DNA of 64,000 bases from an uncultured Bacteroidales bacterium (GCA_905235135.1 CAJOKR010000005.1:64142-128141), one strand, 5' to 3'; counted from the stretch's first letter, positions 8,201 to 16,340 are shown. Numbers and translations are program-made. The notes: generated by a model not told the origin, from the letters alone.

Positions 8201-8870
8201 ACGCAATATCCAGAACCATGCCCAACTCGTTATCGACCATGTCTGCGGCATCGTTAGGATCGTCCCAGTTGCCGCCTTCTTCGGCAATTCGCTCCTTGAA
8301 TTGTTCGAAAACGCCCTTTTCCATCAGCGGTTTCTCCAAATGCTGTGCCAACGACAAATTGAACTTGTTAAGACCTCGCTTGCCGTTAAACTCGTTCCAA
8401 AAAATATGCAGGAAGGCTTTCTTCTTGTCGGTAGAGTTGTCGTAGCTGGTCTCAAGGTTGAAAATGCATGTCTCGATAGTGGCGCGTTTCAGCCAGTTGG
8501 CAATGCTGAGCATAGCATCGTAATCACAGCTGACATTGTGATTCGCATCCATCGGGTCTATGTCCTTCACTGCTTCCAACAACCGAGCCAACGCTTTCTC
8601 CTGCGTTCGCGGCGTGATGCAATAGTCCAGATATTTCAGGAAATGCGACTTTCCCGACCCGTAGTAACCGTCAATCCAAATGCCCACGTGATCGTAAGAT
8701 TTGTTGTTCTTGATGGCATCGAGGATACGATAGAGCCCGTTGATGATTTCATCGGTGAACACATATTCTTCAATCTCAATCCTTTCTGTTTCAGGATCGA
8801 ACTTCGTGGCACTGACGGCTGGATTGACCGGCCGATCAATGGGTTTGCTGTATAGATCTTTTAACTTCAT
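5247..8870 (-). CDS. brxC: BREX P-loop ATPase BrxC/PglY (1207 aa)
   Basis: N-terminus MKLKDLYSKPIDRPVNPAVSA...GIWIDGYYGSGKSHFLKYL contains the Walker A motif at about 8643-8669. Its size and its position after brxA-brxB fit BrxC. Confidence 0.9.
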   Translation of the reverse strand: MKLKDLYSKPIDRPVNPAVSATKFDPETERIEIEEYVFTDEIINGLYRILDAIKNNKSYDHVGIWIDGYYGSGKSHFLKYLDYCITPRTQEKALARLLEAVKDIDPMDANHNVSCDYDAMLSIANWLKRATIETCIFNLETSYDNSTDKKKAFLHIFWNEFNGKRGLNKFNLSLAQHLEKPLMEKGVFEQFKERIAEEGGNWDDPNDAADMVDNELGMVLDIACELAPTLDKESIRERLLKRDTNVSIDRFSSELASFLKDKGDDYRLILLADEVSQFINKERDRYLNLQEIITKLSEACQNKVWVACTAQQDLSEVLDDCNIAEEKDKEGKIKGRFEVKVSLKGTQPEVITQKRILDKKQASILALEDLYNQQNAAFGLQFKLPNSYVAYESKEDFVAYYPFVPYQFKLIMQVFNSFLNLGYVAKEVKGNERSIIKVIHSTAKNSAEEEIGKYISFDELYNNMFEEGLQARGQKAVDNAIRMARTYEHDPKLAIRVANVLFMICNISQTDQLLFPANIDNVTTLLVNDIHTPRLTIKNEVEKILDFFCDNNIIRREAGKNGAPETYTFYSEEEMKVAQLIQNQSVDNNAMAEMLRDIFNKYLSITNKVQYKTRSFAVGELIKQRHYLSASPDIEVEFVVDNEYETPEQLAITNEAKKMVYYLGLQYGENKRLKNAFYWYCQCNRYMSTPVLNDDNAKTRAEFEKRAEELFKTLIAPEFHKILDTCPIISGLRTIDNMELGNKRGGERYALALQKHLAGIYTKATLVDQPSISHTTDALKRAILRPVNAGDYEGMNAELTPPEHEVELYLNKQFSDVNVADVTAKFAKPPYGWDGIATLHVVNELVRRHARDYTYANNPNVDNTLVANRIVQETNKFTLRKSKAISQELINRYIETWKELFGAKEAFTTTDSTQIFRISRDQEFTNSLYHKREGYRDIEKQIGGYPFAEPIQQAIDLFDKWLAERNPETFFQAIINKREEALGLIDRCKEVAQFTHDQLGTYKKLRQFAKENQYNFASLPENEQPQVAEFLKIEDDPWPIPELRSYIRMQRELAQALDEVRKGLREQIRDTYDEQFEQLEKVAYEQNVPLSVLANRDNTIMVKTTPENILVLKDNLNTDAFYQEQVGKILDYANKHKAQYVPKDDSDNNPKADEDTLSYTKKINQASLQTKTSTPITSEEDIDRYLDGLREQLRKLLKDNDGVMIVR

Positions 8871-8882
8871 GGGTATGATGGG

Positions 8883-9494
8883 TTATTCGTTAATCAATAA
8901 TGTGGCACGATAGGTGTGGTTGTCGGGCAAAGTTCCGAACAAGCGGAAAGAGTTGTTCTCCCGATGGCCAGGATAAAACACGATGATTTTGTATTTGCTC
9001 GTGTCATTATAATCTTCATAGAGTGCCAACAGCTCGTTGACACGAAGATAGGGGAACATACTGCCTACACCATACATGAAAACGTATGGCCGGCGATAAT
9101 CGTCTTTGATGTTGATATGGTCAAGGATGCGCTGGTGCAAAAACTGCACAAACTCGGGACTATGGGCATTTCGCGAAAGTGTCTCCTGTGTTTTTGGTGC
9201 AGTTGACGGGTCCGCCTGCTCCTTTTCCAACTGGTATTTCAACATGCTGGGATGTTTCAGGAACTTCTTCTGGTCAAGGAAGTGGCAGAACTCCTCAAAC
9301 AAATTCAGGGTCAGCACATCCACATAGTTGAGCGGACGAATGAGGTTCTTCTTGAATTCCTGTATCTGGCGACGGATGTCATACTCCTGCTCCGCCGGAT
9401 ATTGGTAGATGAAGAAGTTGTAGAACAGGTCGCCGTTCTCCGTGTCTTGGAACCCGGGGCTGTTCAATTTGTCGTCAAGTTCTTTGATGGTCAT
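8883..9494 (-). CDS. brxB: BREX protein BrxB (DUF1788, 203 aa)
   Basis: Size and position between brxA and brxC fit BrxB. A 4-nt ATGA overlap with the brxA stop suggests translational coupling. Confidence 0.8.
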   Translation of the reverse strand: MTIKELDDKLNSPGFQDTENGDLFYNFFIYQYPAEQEYDIRRQIQEFKKNLIRPLNYVDVLTLNLFEEFCHFLDQKKFLKHPSMLKYQLEKEQADPSTAPKTQETLSRNAHSPEFVQFLHQRILDHINIKDDYRRPYVFMYGVGSMFPYLRVNELLALYEDYNDTSKYKIIVFYPGHRENNSFRLFGTLPDNHTYRATLLINE

Positions 9495-10117
9495 AGGAGC
9501 TGTTTTTTGATGTTATCAATCTGGTACGGCTGCAACAGACAGGCTTCGAGGAACCACGGTTCCCCAATGCGGATATAGTATTCTAAATTCTCGGCAAAGA
9601 GCGGGTGAAGCTGGTCTTCATTATCCAACATTCCCACTTTACGGAGGATGGTGAGGTAGGCACTGGCCACTTTGCGCTTGGTTTTGTCGCTCCAGGAGTC
9701 AACGAATGTGTCGCGGGCCGCTACTTCGGAAAACTCCATTGCAATGTCATCATAAACCACCGTCTTGCTGATGCTGTTCCATTTCCGCATGGTCACATTG
9801 ACTTGAAAATCAAAACAGATTTTGTAGGTTTTCAGGATGACAAAGAACAAGGCTACCTGTTGGTCAGTCTCGTTCATTGATTGATAGTCAACCCAAAAAG
9901 AGGGTGGCATGGCATCATAACGGCGGGCAATCTCCACGATAGCCCTGTAGCGGGAGGTTTCCGCATTGATCTTGAGCAGACGGTTGTTCAGCTTCTCGTC
10001 CTTGAGGAGAGCCTCCCTTTCCCCTGACTGGAGCAGCGGCAGAAGTGCATTCGTTTCCGCATATAAGAATCCCCCTCCCGTTATGGCCGCTGTATATGGA
10101 CTATTGTTTGTATTCAT
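9491..10117 (-). CDS. brxA: BREX protein BrxA (DUF1819, 208 aa)
   Basis: The sequence SPYTAAITGGGFLYAETNALLPLL...INAETSRYRAIVEIARRY is typical of DUF1819. It is the first gene of the brxABC block. Confidence 0.8.
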   Translation of the reverse strand: MNTNNSPYTAAITGGGFLYAETNALLPLLQSGEREALLKDEKLNNRLLKINAETSRYRAIVEIARRYDAMPPSFWVDYQSMNETDQQVALFFVILKTYKICFDFQVNVTMRKWNSISKTVVYDDIAMEFSEVAARDTFVDSWSDKTKRKVASAYLTILRKVGMLDNEDQLHPLFAENLEYYIRIGEPWFLEACLLQPYQIDNIKKQLL

Positions 10118-10164
10118 TATTACCTTGTTTTTTTCTCAATTCGTTATTACTCATTTTAACCCGG

Positions 10165-10172
10165 CAAAATTA
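10165..10172 (-). promoter_or_regulatory. -7 promoter box (TAATTTTG on minus strand) for brxA-brxB-brxC
   Basis: Matches TAnnTTTG, 47 nt upstream of the ATG at 10117. Confidence 0.5.
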
Positions 10173-10199
10173 CCACTTTCACGTTCACCCATACTGAAC

Positions 10200-11210
10200 C
10201 TATTCCCCGTACCTTTCCAATCCCTTCTCAAACCGCTGTTTTATTTTCTCCCTGAACCATTCCGGTTCAAGCACTTCCATGTTCTCGCCGAAGGAGAGAA
10301 TCAGTTGCTCCAGCTCGTAGTTCACATACACCTCGATGGTGATGACGGCGCCGGTGGCATCTTCAACGAGCTTCTTTTGCGTGCCATGGAGCGGCTTGGT
10401 GCGGACGTAGGGCCACGAGACCGGGGAGACCCACAGCTTGACGAGCGCGGGCTCCGCGTTTGAATCTTTGGAAACCCCGATCATCTCGTCAAAATAGTCG
10501 GCGAAGTGAATGTCGGCGGGTTGGAACGGCTCATCCGCCTCTTTGATGCCCCGGATACGGTCGAGGGCGTAGTTGGTCAATGCCTCATAGCCCGCATTCC
10601 TGGCAATCAAGAACCATCGCTTGTTGTACTGTTTCAGATAATAGGGATAGACCACGTATTCCACCTCTTTGTCCTGTCTGAAACTTTTGTAGGTGATGCA
10701 CAACGTCCGTTTTTCGCTGATGGCGTTGAACAACGGCGTGAAGTGGTCCAGTCCTTCCAAATCCATGTTCTCGTCAAAACCGACCACCTCGTCTGTGGAG
10801 ACCTCATCGATTTTCAACGAAGTGCCCAAACGGTCGGAAATCTCGCTGATCCAGTCGAACTGCGGCATCCCTTTGAACCGTTTCAGCAAACAGAGAGTCT
10901 GGATGAGCTGCGCGGTCTCTTCGGGCTTCAGCAACGGCCTGTAGATGGAGAAATCGGGATCGGCATAGTGATAGCGGATGTTCCGCCCCTCCCGGAAACT
11001 TTCCACATCCGCATTCGGGGCGTATATCCGCTGGATCTGTTCTATATCGCCGCGAATGGTGTTCATGGCCGACACAGGCGGAAAGTCATGTAGTTCCAAC
11101 TCCTCATTGCATAATTCCTTCATCTCCGCCATCGAATACTTGCGGTTTTTGTCACTCAGACAGCGGTCGAGGACCTTGATGCGGACATCCGCGTTTTTGG
11201 AATTCGGCAT
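10200..11210 (-). CDS. brxR: WYL-domain transcriptional regulator, BrxR-like (336 aa)
   Basis: The N-terminal HTH-like region is followed by a WYL-type core (YVVYPYYLKQYNKRWFLIA) and a C-terminal extension. It lies immediately upstream of brxA, as described for BrxR. Confidence 0.75.
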   Translation of the reverse strand: MPNSKNADVRIKVLDRCLSDKNRKYSMAEMKELCNEELELHDFPPVSAMNTIRGDIEQIQRIYAPNADVESFREGRNIRYHYADPDFSIYRPLLKPEETAQLIQTLCLLKRFKGMPQFDWISEISDRLGTSLKIDEVSTDEVVGFDENMDLEGLDHFTPLFNAISEKRTLCITYKSFRQDKEVEYVVYPYYLKQYNKRWFLIARNAGYEALTNYALDRIRGIKEADEPFQPADIHFADYFDEMIGVSKDSNAEPALVKLWVSPVSWPYVRTKPLHGTQKKLVEDATGAVITIEVYVNYELEQLILSFGENMEVLEPEWFREKIKQRFEKGLERYGE

Positions 11211-11240
11211 AACACGATACTTTTATTGCAAATAACGCCG

Positions 11241-11248
11241 CAAAAGTA
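11241..11248 (-). promoter_or_regulatory. -7 promoter box (TACTTTTG on minus strand) for brxR
   Basis: Matches TAnnTTTG, 30 nt upstream of the ATG at 11210. It is bracketed by an 8-bp inverted repeat, ACTTTTAT at 11219-11226 and ATAAAAGT at 11261-11268. Confidence 0.55.
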
Positions 11249-11255
11249 GCATTTT

Positions 11256-11550
11256 TCAGAATAAAAGTTGCAAGAATGGCGATGTTTTTTGCGATGTGGT
11301 CTGTGAGGATTGTGAACTGTGAATGGCGAATGTTATGTATTTCCTTGCCAGAATCTCCCCCTCGTCATGATGCAAGGAGAACAACGTGATATTCAGGTGG
11401 GTGAATATACTGTACGCTGTGTGCCGGTCACCGATTGGCTGCTGAAACACAGTCACATTGAAGCCTGACATTAACATAGCCATCCTCCTCGCCCAAACTG
11501 ACGAGATAGTTGTTGACGACTCTGTTTCCGAGATTGTATATCATTGTCAT
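11256..11550 (-). pseudogene. Degraded ORF remnant at the BREX island boundary, with a frameshift and a truncated 3' end
   Basis: The ATG at 11550 overlaps the TGA of the upstream gene in an ATGA arrangement. It reads MTMIYNLGNRVVNNYLVSLGEEDGYVNV... for 39 codons, then continues in another frame (ORF 11256..11483). The N-terminus loosely resembles an MBL-fold hydrolase (VNxYL..DG). Confidence 0.3.
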
Positions 11551-12233
11551 TTGGAAATGAACGTTCCTTTCGGATGCTCCGCCTGCCACTGGTTTTCAAT
11601 CTCCGACCCTGGTCGGGTGTATAGATAATCGCAGACGGGGTCGCCGGTGGCCAAGGTCTTGTTGCGGTGCAGGTTGGCGCCAATCATGCTCGCAACGGTG
11701 TAATCCGTGCGGCACATGATGGGGAGGATGTCCATGTGCCCGGTTCTTTTGGCGAGAGCGCACAGACCGCAGGTGGTGAAACGCATCGTGCTGAAATCGG
11801 GCGCACCTTTCCCATAGTCGGAAGTCCAGTTGTATTCCGACTTGAACCTGTTTGCCTTGTCAATCTTTCTTGCGTATTTCTCTTGGAACTCCGGGCTGAA
11901 GAATTGCATGTTCCGAAACTTTCTGGCCATCAATGGGATGGCGTATGTGGCGTTACACATCTGGCTATAGAGTTCATCCGTCATACGGCCATACAATTCC
12001 TCCACGGCTTCATAAATGGCAAACCATACGGCACCGCCAGTCAGATTCATCTTCATACAATTCTGGCGGTGTGAGCCAATGGAGGGCGTTTCTCGCAGCA
12101 TCTTCTTGAATCTCGGTTTTGCATTGCGCTTGATGATGCGTCCATCCCATTCAGGATGTACTTTCAACAGCTCCTTCACGCAGGTTTTGCTCACCACACT
12201 AAATGCAATCCGATCCATTATCTCTATTTGCAT
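11547..12233 (-). CDS. L-2-amino-thiazoline-4-carboxylic acid hydrolase-like (ATC hydrolase family) protein
   Basis: ORF 11547..12257. The ATG at 12233 (MQIEIMDRIAF) is preferred because the -7 box lies at 12255-12262. The family call rests on recalled similarity (GAVWFAIYEA...TTCGLCALAK...MCRTDY) and is only moderately certain. Confidence 0.5.
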   Translation of the reverse strand: MQIEIMDRIAFSVVSKTCVKELLKVHPEWDGRIIKRNAKPRFKKMLRETPSIGSHRQNCMKMNLTGGAVWFAIYEAVEELYGRMTDELYSQMCNATYAIPLMARKFRNMQFFSPEFQEKYARKIDKANRFKSEYNWTSDYGKGAPDFSTMRFTTCGLCALAKRTGHMDILPIMCRTDYTVASMIGANLHRNKTLATGDPVCDYLYTRPGSEIENQWQAEHPKGTFISK

Positions 12234-12254
12234 ACTTCTCTTTATTTGATGCCG

Positions 12255-12262
12255 CAAAAGTA
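12255..12262 (-). promoter_or_regulatory. -7 promoter box (TACTTTTG on minus strand)
   Basis: Matches TAnnTTTG, 21 nt upstream of the ATG at 12233. Confidence 0.55.
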
Positions 12263-12316
12263 CAACTTATATCTTGCAAGCGGGTTGCGAAAACACGAAA
12301 TCATCTTCTGTTTTAT

Positions 12317-12385
12317 CGGAGTTGATCGGACTTACATCGGACTTACATCGGACTTACACCGGACTTACACCGGCGTTAGACCGAT
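12317..12385 (+). repeat. Tandem 11-mer array (CGGACTTACAY and variants, about 6 units) abutting a REP-like palindrome
   Basis: Units read cggagttgat / cggacttacat x2 / cggacttacac x2 / cggcgttagac. The same architecture occurs in inverted orientation at 58959-59035. Confidence 0.9.
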
Positions 12386-12412
12386 GTAGAGACGCAAAAT
12401 TTTGCGTCTCTC
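12386..12412. repeat. REP-like 28-bp palindrome, AATT-core subtype
   Basis: gtAGAGACGCAAAATTTTGCGTCTCTc; positions 12388-12411 form a perfect palindrome. Confidence 0.95.
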
Positions 12413-12510
12413 CGTACGCTGTCTCTATTTTTCTTTAAACTTCTGCCCCTTCTGCAAGTCCGCACCAAATAATGCACGATATTATGTCGGCTTTTTTTCT
12501 GAAAATTTCG

Positions 12511-12518
12511 TACCTTTG
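12511..12518 (+). promoter_or_regulatory. -7 promoter box TACCTTTG
   Basis: Matches TAnnTTTG, 20 nt upstream of the ATG at 12539. Confidence 0.6.
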
Positions 12519-12538
12519 CGGCTTAAAAAATACGACCT

Positions 12539-15193
12539 ATGAACTTGGTTAAGACACTGAAAAATAAGTGGTTACATAAATCTTTCGTGCTGACGGCGAT
12601 GATGTTGCTGTCGGCGGTGTGCGTGATGGCACAGCCCCCGGGCGGCGGCTTCCCCGGTGGAAGACCCCCGGGAGGATTCCCCGGCGGACGCCCTCCCGGC
12701 GACCGTGGAGACTGGAACCCGCAGTCATCCCAGCAGGTTCCTCAGGTGAAACAGAAGAAGAAGGTGCGCGAGGGTTCCACATTTAAGGTGGTGGGCCTCC
12801 TGCGCGATTCCATTGCCGGCACCCCGTTAGCCTACGCCAACGTCGCGGTGCTCGATGCTGAGGACTCTTCCCTCATCAAGGGTACTTCCGCCAACGGCAA
12901 CGGCTACTTCGAAGTCGATGGCATCCCCCAAGGCGAATGCATCCTCCGTGTGTGGTGCTTCAACTATAACCCGCGGCATATCCCTTTCACCGTGAAAAAC
13001 AACACCAATTTGGATGTGATCAAGCTCATGCCGATTTCCACCACCCTCAACGAGGTCACCATCAAGTCGGAGAAGCCCTTGTACGCCCAGGACGGCGAGA
13101 AACTCATCTACAACGTCAGCGAGGATGCCTCCATCCAGACGGGTACCACCGAGGATGCGTTGCAGAATGCGCCTGGTGTGGAGGTCGATGTGGAGGGCAA
13201 TATCACCCTTCGCGGCGTATCCAGCGTGGAGATTTGGATCAACGACAAACCCTCCAAACTTACGGAGGAAAACCTTAAAACGTACCTCCAAACCTTGCCC
13301 GCCAATGCCCTGGAACGTATTGAGGCCATTACCAACCCGTCGGCCAAGTATGCCACTGACGCTGAGGCGGTTATCAACATCGTCACTTCGGCGCACGTCA
13401 AGAGCAACCAGTTTGTCAGCTTCGGTGTCAACGGCTCCAACCAGCCGTTCATCTCCCCCTGGGTCAGCTATATGTGGACGAAGGAAAAGCTGAGCATAAA
13501 CTTCTTCTTGGCAGGACGTTACAATGCTCGCCGCAATACGGATGAGACGACCTCCTACCAGCGCCGCGATGCGGAAACGGAGGGCGATTACGATACCACA
13601 TGGTCGGCCCAGACCTCCCAGATTGACATCAACCGCAGAGGTGGCGGCAACTTCTTCCTCGGCATCAACTACGAAATTGACTCCACCAACGAGATTTCCG
13701 TCGATGCTGGCGGTTTTTACAACTACAATGCCACCCGCCTGACCAAAGCTGAAGACCAGACCTACTACGGCATCTATGAGGATGAACCCTACGACCAGAA
13801 TTACATCGACACCACCCATAGCAAGACCAAAGGACAGTCCATTTTCACGCACGCGGGGGTCGATTACACCAAAAAGTTCGACAAGAAAGGTCACAATCTG
13901 CGTATCAGTTTGAACACGCGCTTCAATCACAATGCCAGCGACCAGTGGTATAACCGTTTCTACGATACCTATTACGACCTCGACGAGCACCGTTATCTGC
14001 TGACGCGCAACTATGGTTTCGGGGGCAGCTTGGATGCCCGCTACAACCGTCCCTACAGCGAAAAAGGGGAGATGAGTTACGGTCTTCGTGTCGATCAATC
14101 CTCAATGAACAATGATTACAAACGTTACAATGATACCCTCGGCTTGCTGGTGGATACGTTGCGTACCTACCATTTCAACGGCAGTTCGACCAACCTGAAC
14201 GGCGATGTGAACTGGACGCATCGTTGGGGCGGTTTCACCCTCAGCACGGGCTTGGGCCTCGGGGTGTTGCGTGATGCTTACGAATATATCAGCGATATGC
14301 CGTTTGCGGATGCCGGCGCGCCCATTTACTTTTCGGCACGGCCTTCCATCCACCTTTCCTACCGTACCGAGAGCATGCACAACTTCAAACTCAACTACTC
14401 CATGCGCATGTCCCATCCGGGTGAGGAAGATGTGAGCACCTTCCGTCGTTATGGCGACAACAGCTATTCCACCGGTAACCCGACGGTGAAGAGCGGTTTC
14501 ACGCACAGCATGGAAGCCGGCTGGCAGAAGTATTTCACCAAATTCGGCAATGTCGGTGTGGAACTTTACGGGCGGATGAGCACGAACGAAATCAGCTCGC
14601 TGACCGACTCCAAATACGATGAGTTCCTGGACCGTGTGATCAGCTATTCCACACCTTACAACCTCGGTTCCTCATGGCGTTACGGTGGATCGTTGAATGC
14701 CACCTACCGCCCGACGGGCTTTATTAACCTGCGTCTTTATGCCAACGTTTATGATTACGGTTACAAGATGGCCTATATGCGTGACGGCGAGATGCAGTAT
14801 GACCAACGTGACAAGTGGTCATGGAGTGTGCGTCTGAATTTCTGGGCCAAGGCTTTCGACTGGCTGCAGTTCACCGCTTCGGGATTCTATAATTCCCCGA
14901 CACTCAGCCTGATGAGCGAGCGCAAAGCCCGTTATGCGCTGAATTTCGGTATCCGCAGCGACTTGTTCAAACGCAAACTGTCCATCTACGTCAATGTGCA
15001 GGACATCTTCAACTGGGGTGGCAGATTTGGTTCCGGTTCCGAGAACACGAACCCGTACTACCTGAGCAACAGCACCAGCAAGATGCTCAACAGCCGTTAC
15101 ATCGCGGCGGGCATCACTTTGCGTTTCGGCAAGATGGAGTTGGAGAGCAAGGCGCAGCAGACTGGCGAGAGCGAGTCGGGCGAGACGATGTAG
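12539..15193 (+). CDS. TonB-dependent receptor-like outer-membrane beta-barrel protein with a carboxypeptidase-regulatory-like N-domain (884 aa)
   Basis: It has a signal peptide, a low-complexity GGFPGGRPP repeat, then a CarbopepD_reg-like region (FKVVGLLRDSIAGTPLAYANVAVLD), a plug-like region (ITLRGVSSVEIWINDKP) and a beta-barrel C-terminus. Confidence 0.75.
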   Translation: MNLVKTLKNKWLHKSFVLTAMMLLSAVCVMAQPPGGGFPGGRPPGGFPGGRPPGDRGDWNPQSSQQVPQVKQKKKVREGSTFKVVGLLRDSIAGTPLAYANVAVLDAEDSSLIKGTSANGNGYFEVDGIPQGECILRVWCFNYNPRHIPFTVKNNTNLDVIKLMPISTTLNEVTIKSEKPLYAQDGEKLIYNVSEDASIQTGTTEDALQNAPGVEVDVEGNITLRGVSSVEIWINDKPSKLTEENLKTYLQTLPANALERIEAITNPSAKYATDAEAVINIVTSAHVKSNQFVSFGVNGSNQPFISPWVSYMWTKEKLSINFFLAGRYNARRNTDETTSYQRRDAETEGDYDTTWSAQTSQIDINRRGGGNFFLGINYEIDSTNEISVDAGGFYNYNATRLTKAEDQTYYGIYEDEPYDQNYIDTTHSKTKGQSIFTHAGVDYTKKFDKKGHNLRISLNTRFNHNASDQWYNRFYDTYYDLDEHRYLLTRNYGFGGSLDARYNRPYSEKGEMSYGLRVDQSSMNNDYKRYNDTLGLLVDTLRTYHFNGSSTNLNGDVNWTHRWGGFTLSTGLGLGVLRDAYEYISDMPFADAGAPIYFSARPSIHLSYRTESMHNFKLNYSMRMSHPGEEDVSTFRRYGDNSYSTGNPTVKSGFTHSMEAGWQKYFTKFGNVGVELYGRMSTNEISSLTDSKYDEFLDRVISYSTPYNLGSSWRYGGSLNATYRPTGFINLRLYANVYDYGYKMAYMRDGEMQYDQRDKWSWSVRLNFWAKAFDWLQFTASGFYNSPTLSLMSERKARYALNFGIRSDLFKRKLSIYVNVQDIFNWGGRFGSGSENTNPYYLSNSTSKMLNSRYIAAGITLRFGKMELESKAQQTGESESGETM

Positions 15194-15217
15194 AGACGTG
15201 CCATGGCGCGTCTTTAC
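15190..15217. repeat. REP-like 28-bp palindrome, CCATGG-core subtype
   Basis: GTAGAGACGTGCCATGGCGCGTCTTTAC. The TAG at 15191-15193 in the left arm is the stop codon of the preceding gene. Confidence 0.9.
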
Positions 15218-15253
15218 CTACAGACGACGTGAAGAACAACAAACGTTAAACGA

Positions 15254-16222
15254 ATGAAAAAGATAATTGGAATAGGCAATGCGCTGGTGGACATACTGGT
15301 GCATATTGAGAATGACGAGATTCTGGACCGTCTGGGATTGTGTAAGGGTGGGATGGAAATGATTGACGCCCAGCGGAAACGCGAGATTTTGGAGGTGATT
15401 TCCGGGATGCCGCAGACGATGGCCACCGGCGGTTCCACCTCCAATACCATGCACGGACTGGCCCGCTTGGGTGCGGATGCCGGCTATATTGGCAAGGTGG
15501 GTAACGATGATCTCGGACGGCTGTTCCGGGACGAGTGTCAGCGGTATGGTCTGAGACCTCATCTAATTAGCAGTGAGGAAGATACGGGCGTGGCTATCAC
15601 GTTTATCTCCCCCAATGCAGAGCGCACTTTCGCCACCTACCTCGGAGCCGCCGCCACCATGCAGCCCGACCAGGTGGATGCGGAAATCCTGAAAGGTTAC
15701 GACCTCATCCACATCGAAGGCTACCTCATTTTCAACCACGATTTGATTTTGGATGTCTGCCAGAAGGCCAAAGCCTGCGGGTTGCAGATTTCGATGGATA
15801 TGGCCAGCTACAACCTTATTGAGAGCAATCTCGACTTCGTGAAGATGTTGCTGCGCGATCATGTCGATATTATCTTCGCCAACGAGGAGGAAGCCAAGGC
15901 TTTCGCGGGTGTGGAAGGCGTTGAGGCGCTGCATACGCTTGCAAGTTACTGTCCTGTGGCCATTGTGAAGGTCGGCAAGGATGGCTCCTACATCGAAATG
16001 GACGGCAAAGTCACCGCTATCGCGCCCGTGGATGCGAAGCGGATTGATACTACCGGGGCTGGCGATATTTACGCCTCGGGATTTCTTTTTGGGTATATAA
16101 ACGGATATGATCCACTGAGATCTGGGAACTTAGCGTCCTATTTGTCCGCGCGATTGATCGAGTATGTGGGAGCCAAGCTTCCCGATGACGAATGGATGAA
16201 AATAAAAAAAGAGGAGCTTTAA
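15254..16222 (+). CDS. Adenosine kinase / PfkB-family carbohydrate kinase (322 aa)
   Basis: MKKIIGIGNALVDILV... together with the DTTGAGD motif is typical of the PfkB family. Confidence 0.8.
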   Translation: MKKIIGIGNALVDILVHIENDEILDRLGLCKGGMEMIDAQRKREILEVISGMPQTMATGGSTSNTMHGLARLGADAGYIGKVGNDDLGRLFRDECQRYGLRPHLISSEEDTGVAITFISPNAERTFATYLGAAATMQPDQVDAEILKGYDLIHIEGYLIFNHDLILDVCQKAKACGLQISMDMASYNLIESNLDFVKMLLRDHVDIIFANEEEAKAFAGVEGVEALHTLASYCPVAIVKVGKDGSYIEMDGKVTAIAPVDAKRIDTTGAGDIYASGFLFGYINGYDPLRSGNLASYLSARLIEYVGAKLPDDEWMKIKKEEL

Positions 16223-16235
16223 GTTCCTCTTTTTT
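16210..16235. terminator. Bidirectional rho-independent terminator, serving the kinase gene on + and tRNA-Thr on -
   Basis: An 8-bp stem AGAGGAGC/GTTCCTCT (one G-U pair) closes a 5-nt loop. It has an A-run on the left and a T-run on the right. Confidence 0.7.
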
Positions 16236-16245
16236 AATGTTTTAG

Positions 16246-16318
<73 letters not shown>

Positions 16319-16332
16319 TGGTTTTGCGGGTG

Positions 16333-16340
16333 CAAAAATA
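16333..16340 (-). promoter_or_regulatory. -7 promoter box (TATTTTTG on minus strand) for tRNA-Thr
   Basis: Matches TAnnTTTG, 14 nt upstream of the tRNA 5' end. Confidence 0.6.

Noticed and set aside
12317-12385. Tandem repeats (11-mers, 7-8-mers and 48-mers) as possible CRISPR arrays.
   Set aside because: They have no spacers, the periods are far too short (7-11 bp) or lie inside a CDS (48 bp), and there are no cas genes in the window.
12640-12700. The GGFPGGRPP low-complexity repeat at the N-terminus of the TonB-receptor-like protein.
   Set aside because: It is a short Pro/Gly-rich linker after the signal peptide, which I recall as common in such outer-membrane proteins. There is no evidence of a separate function.
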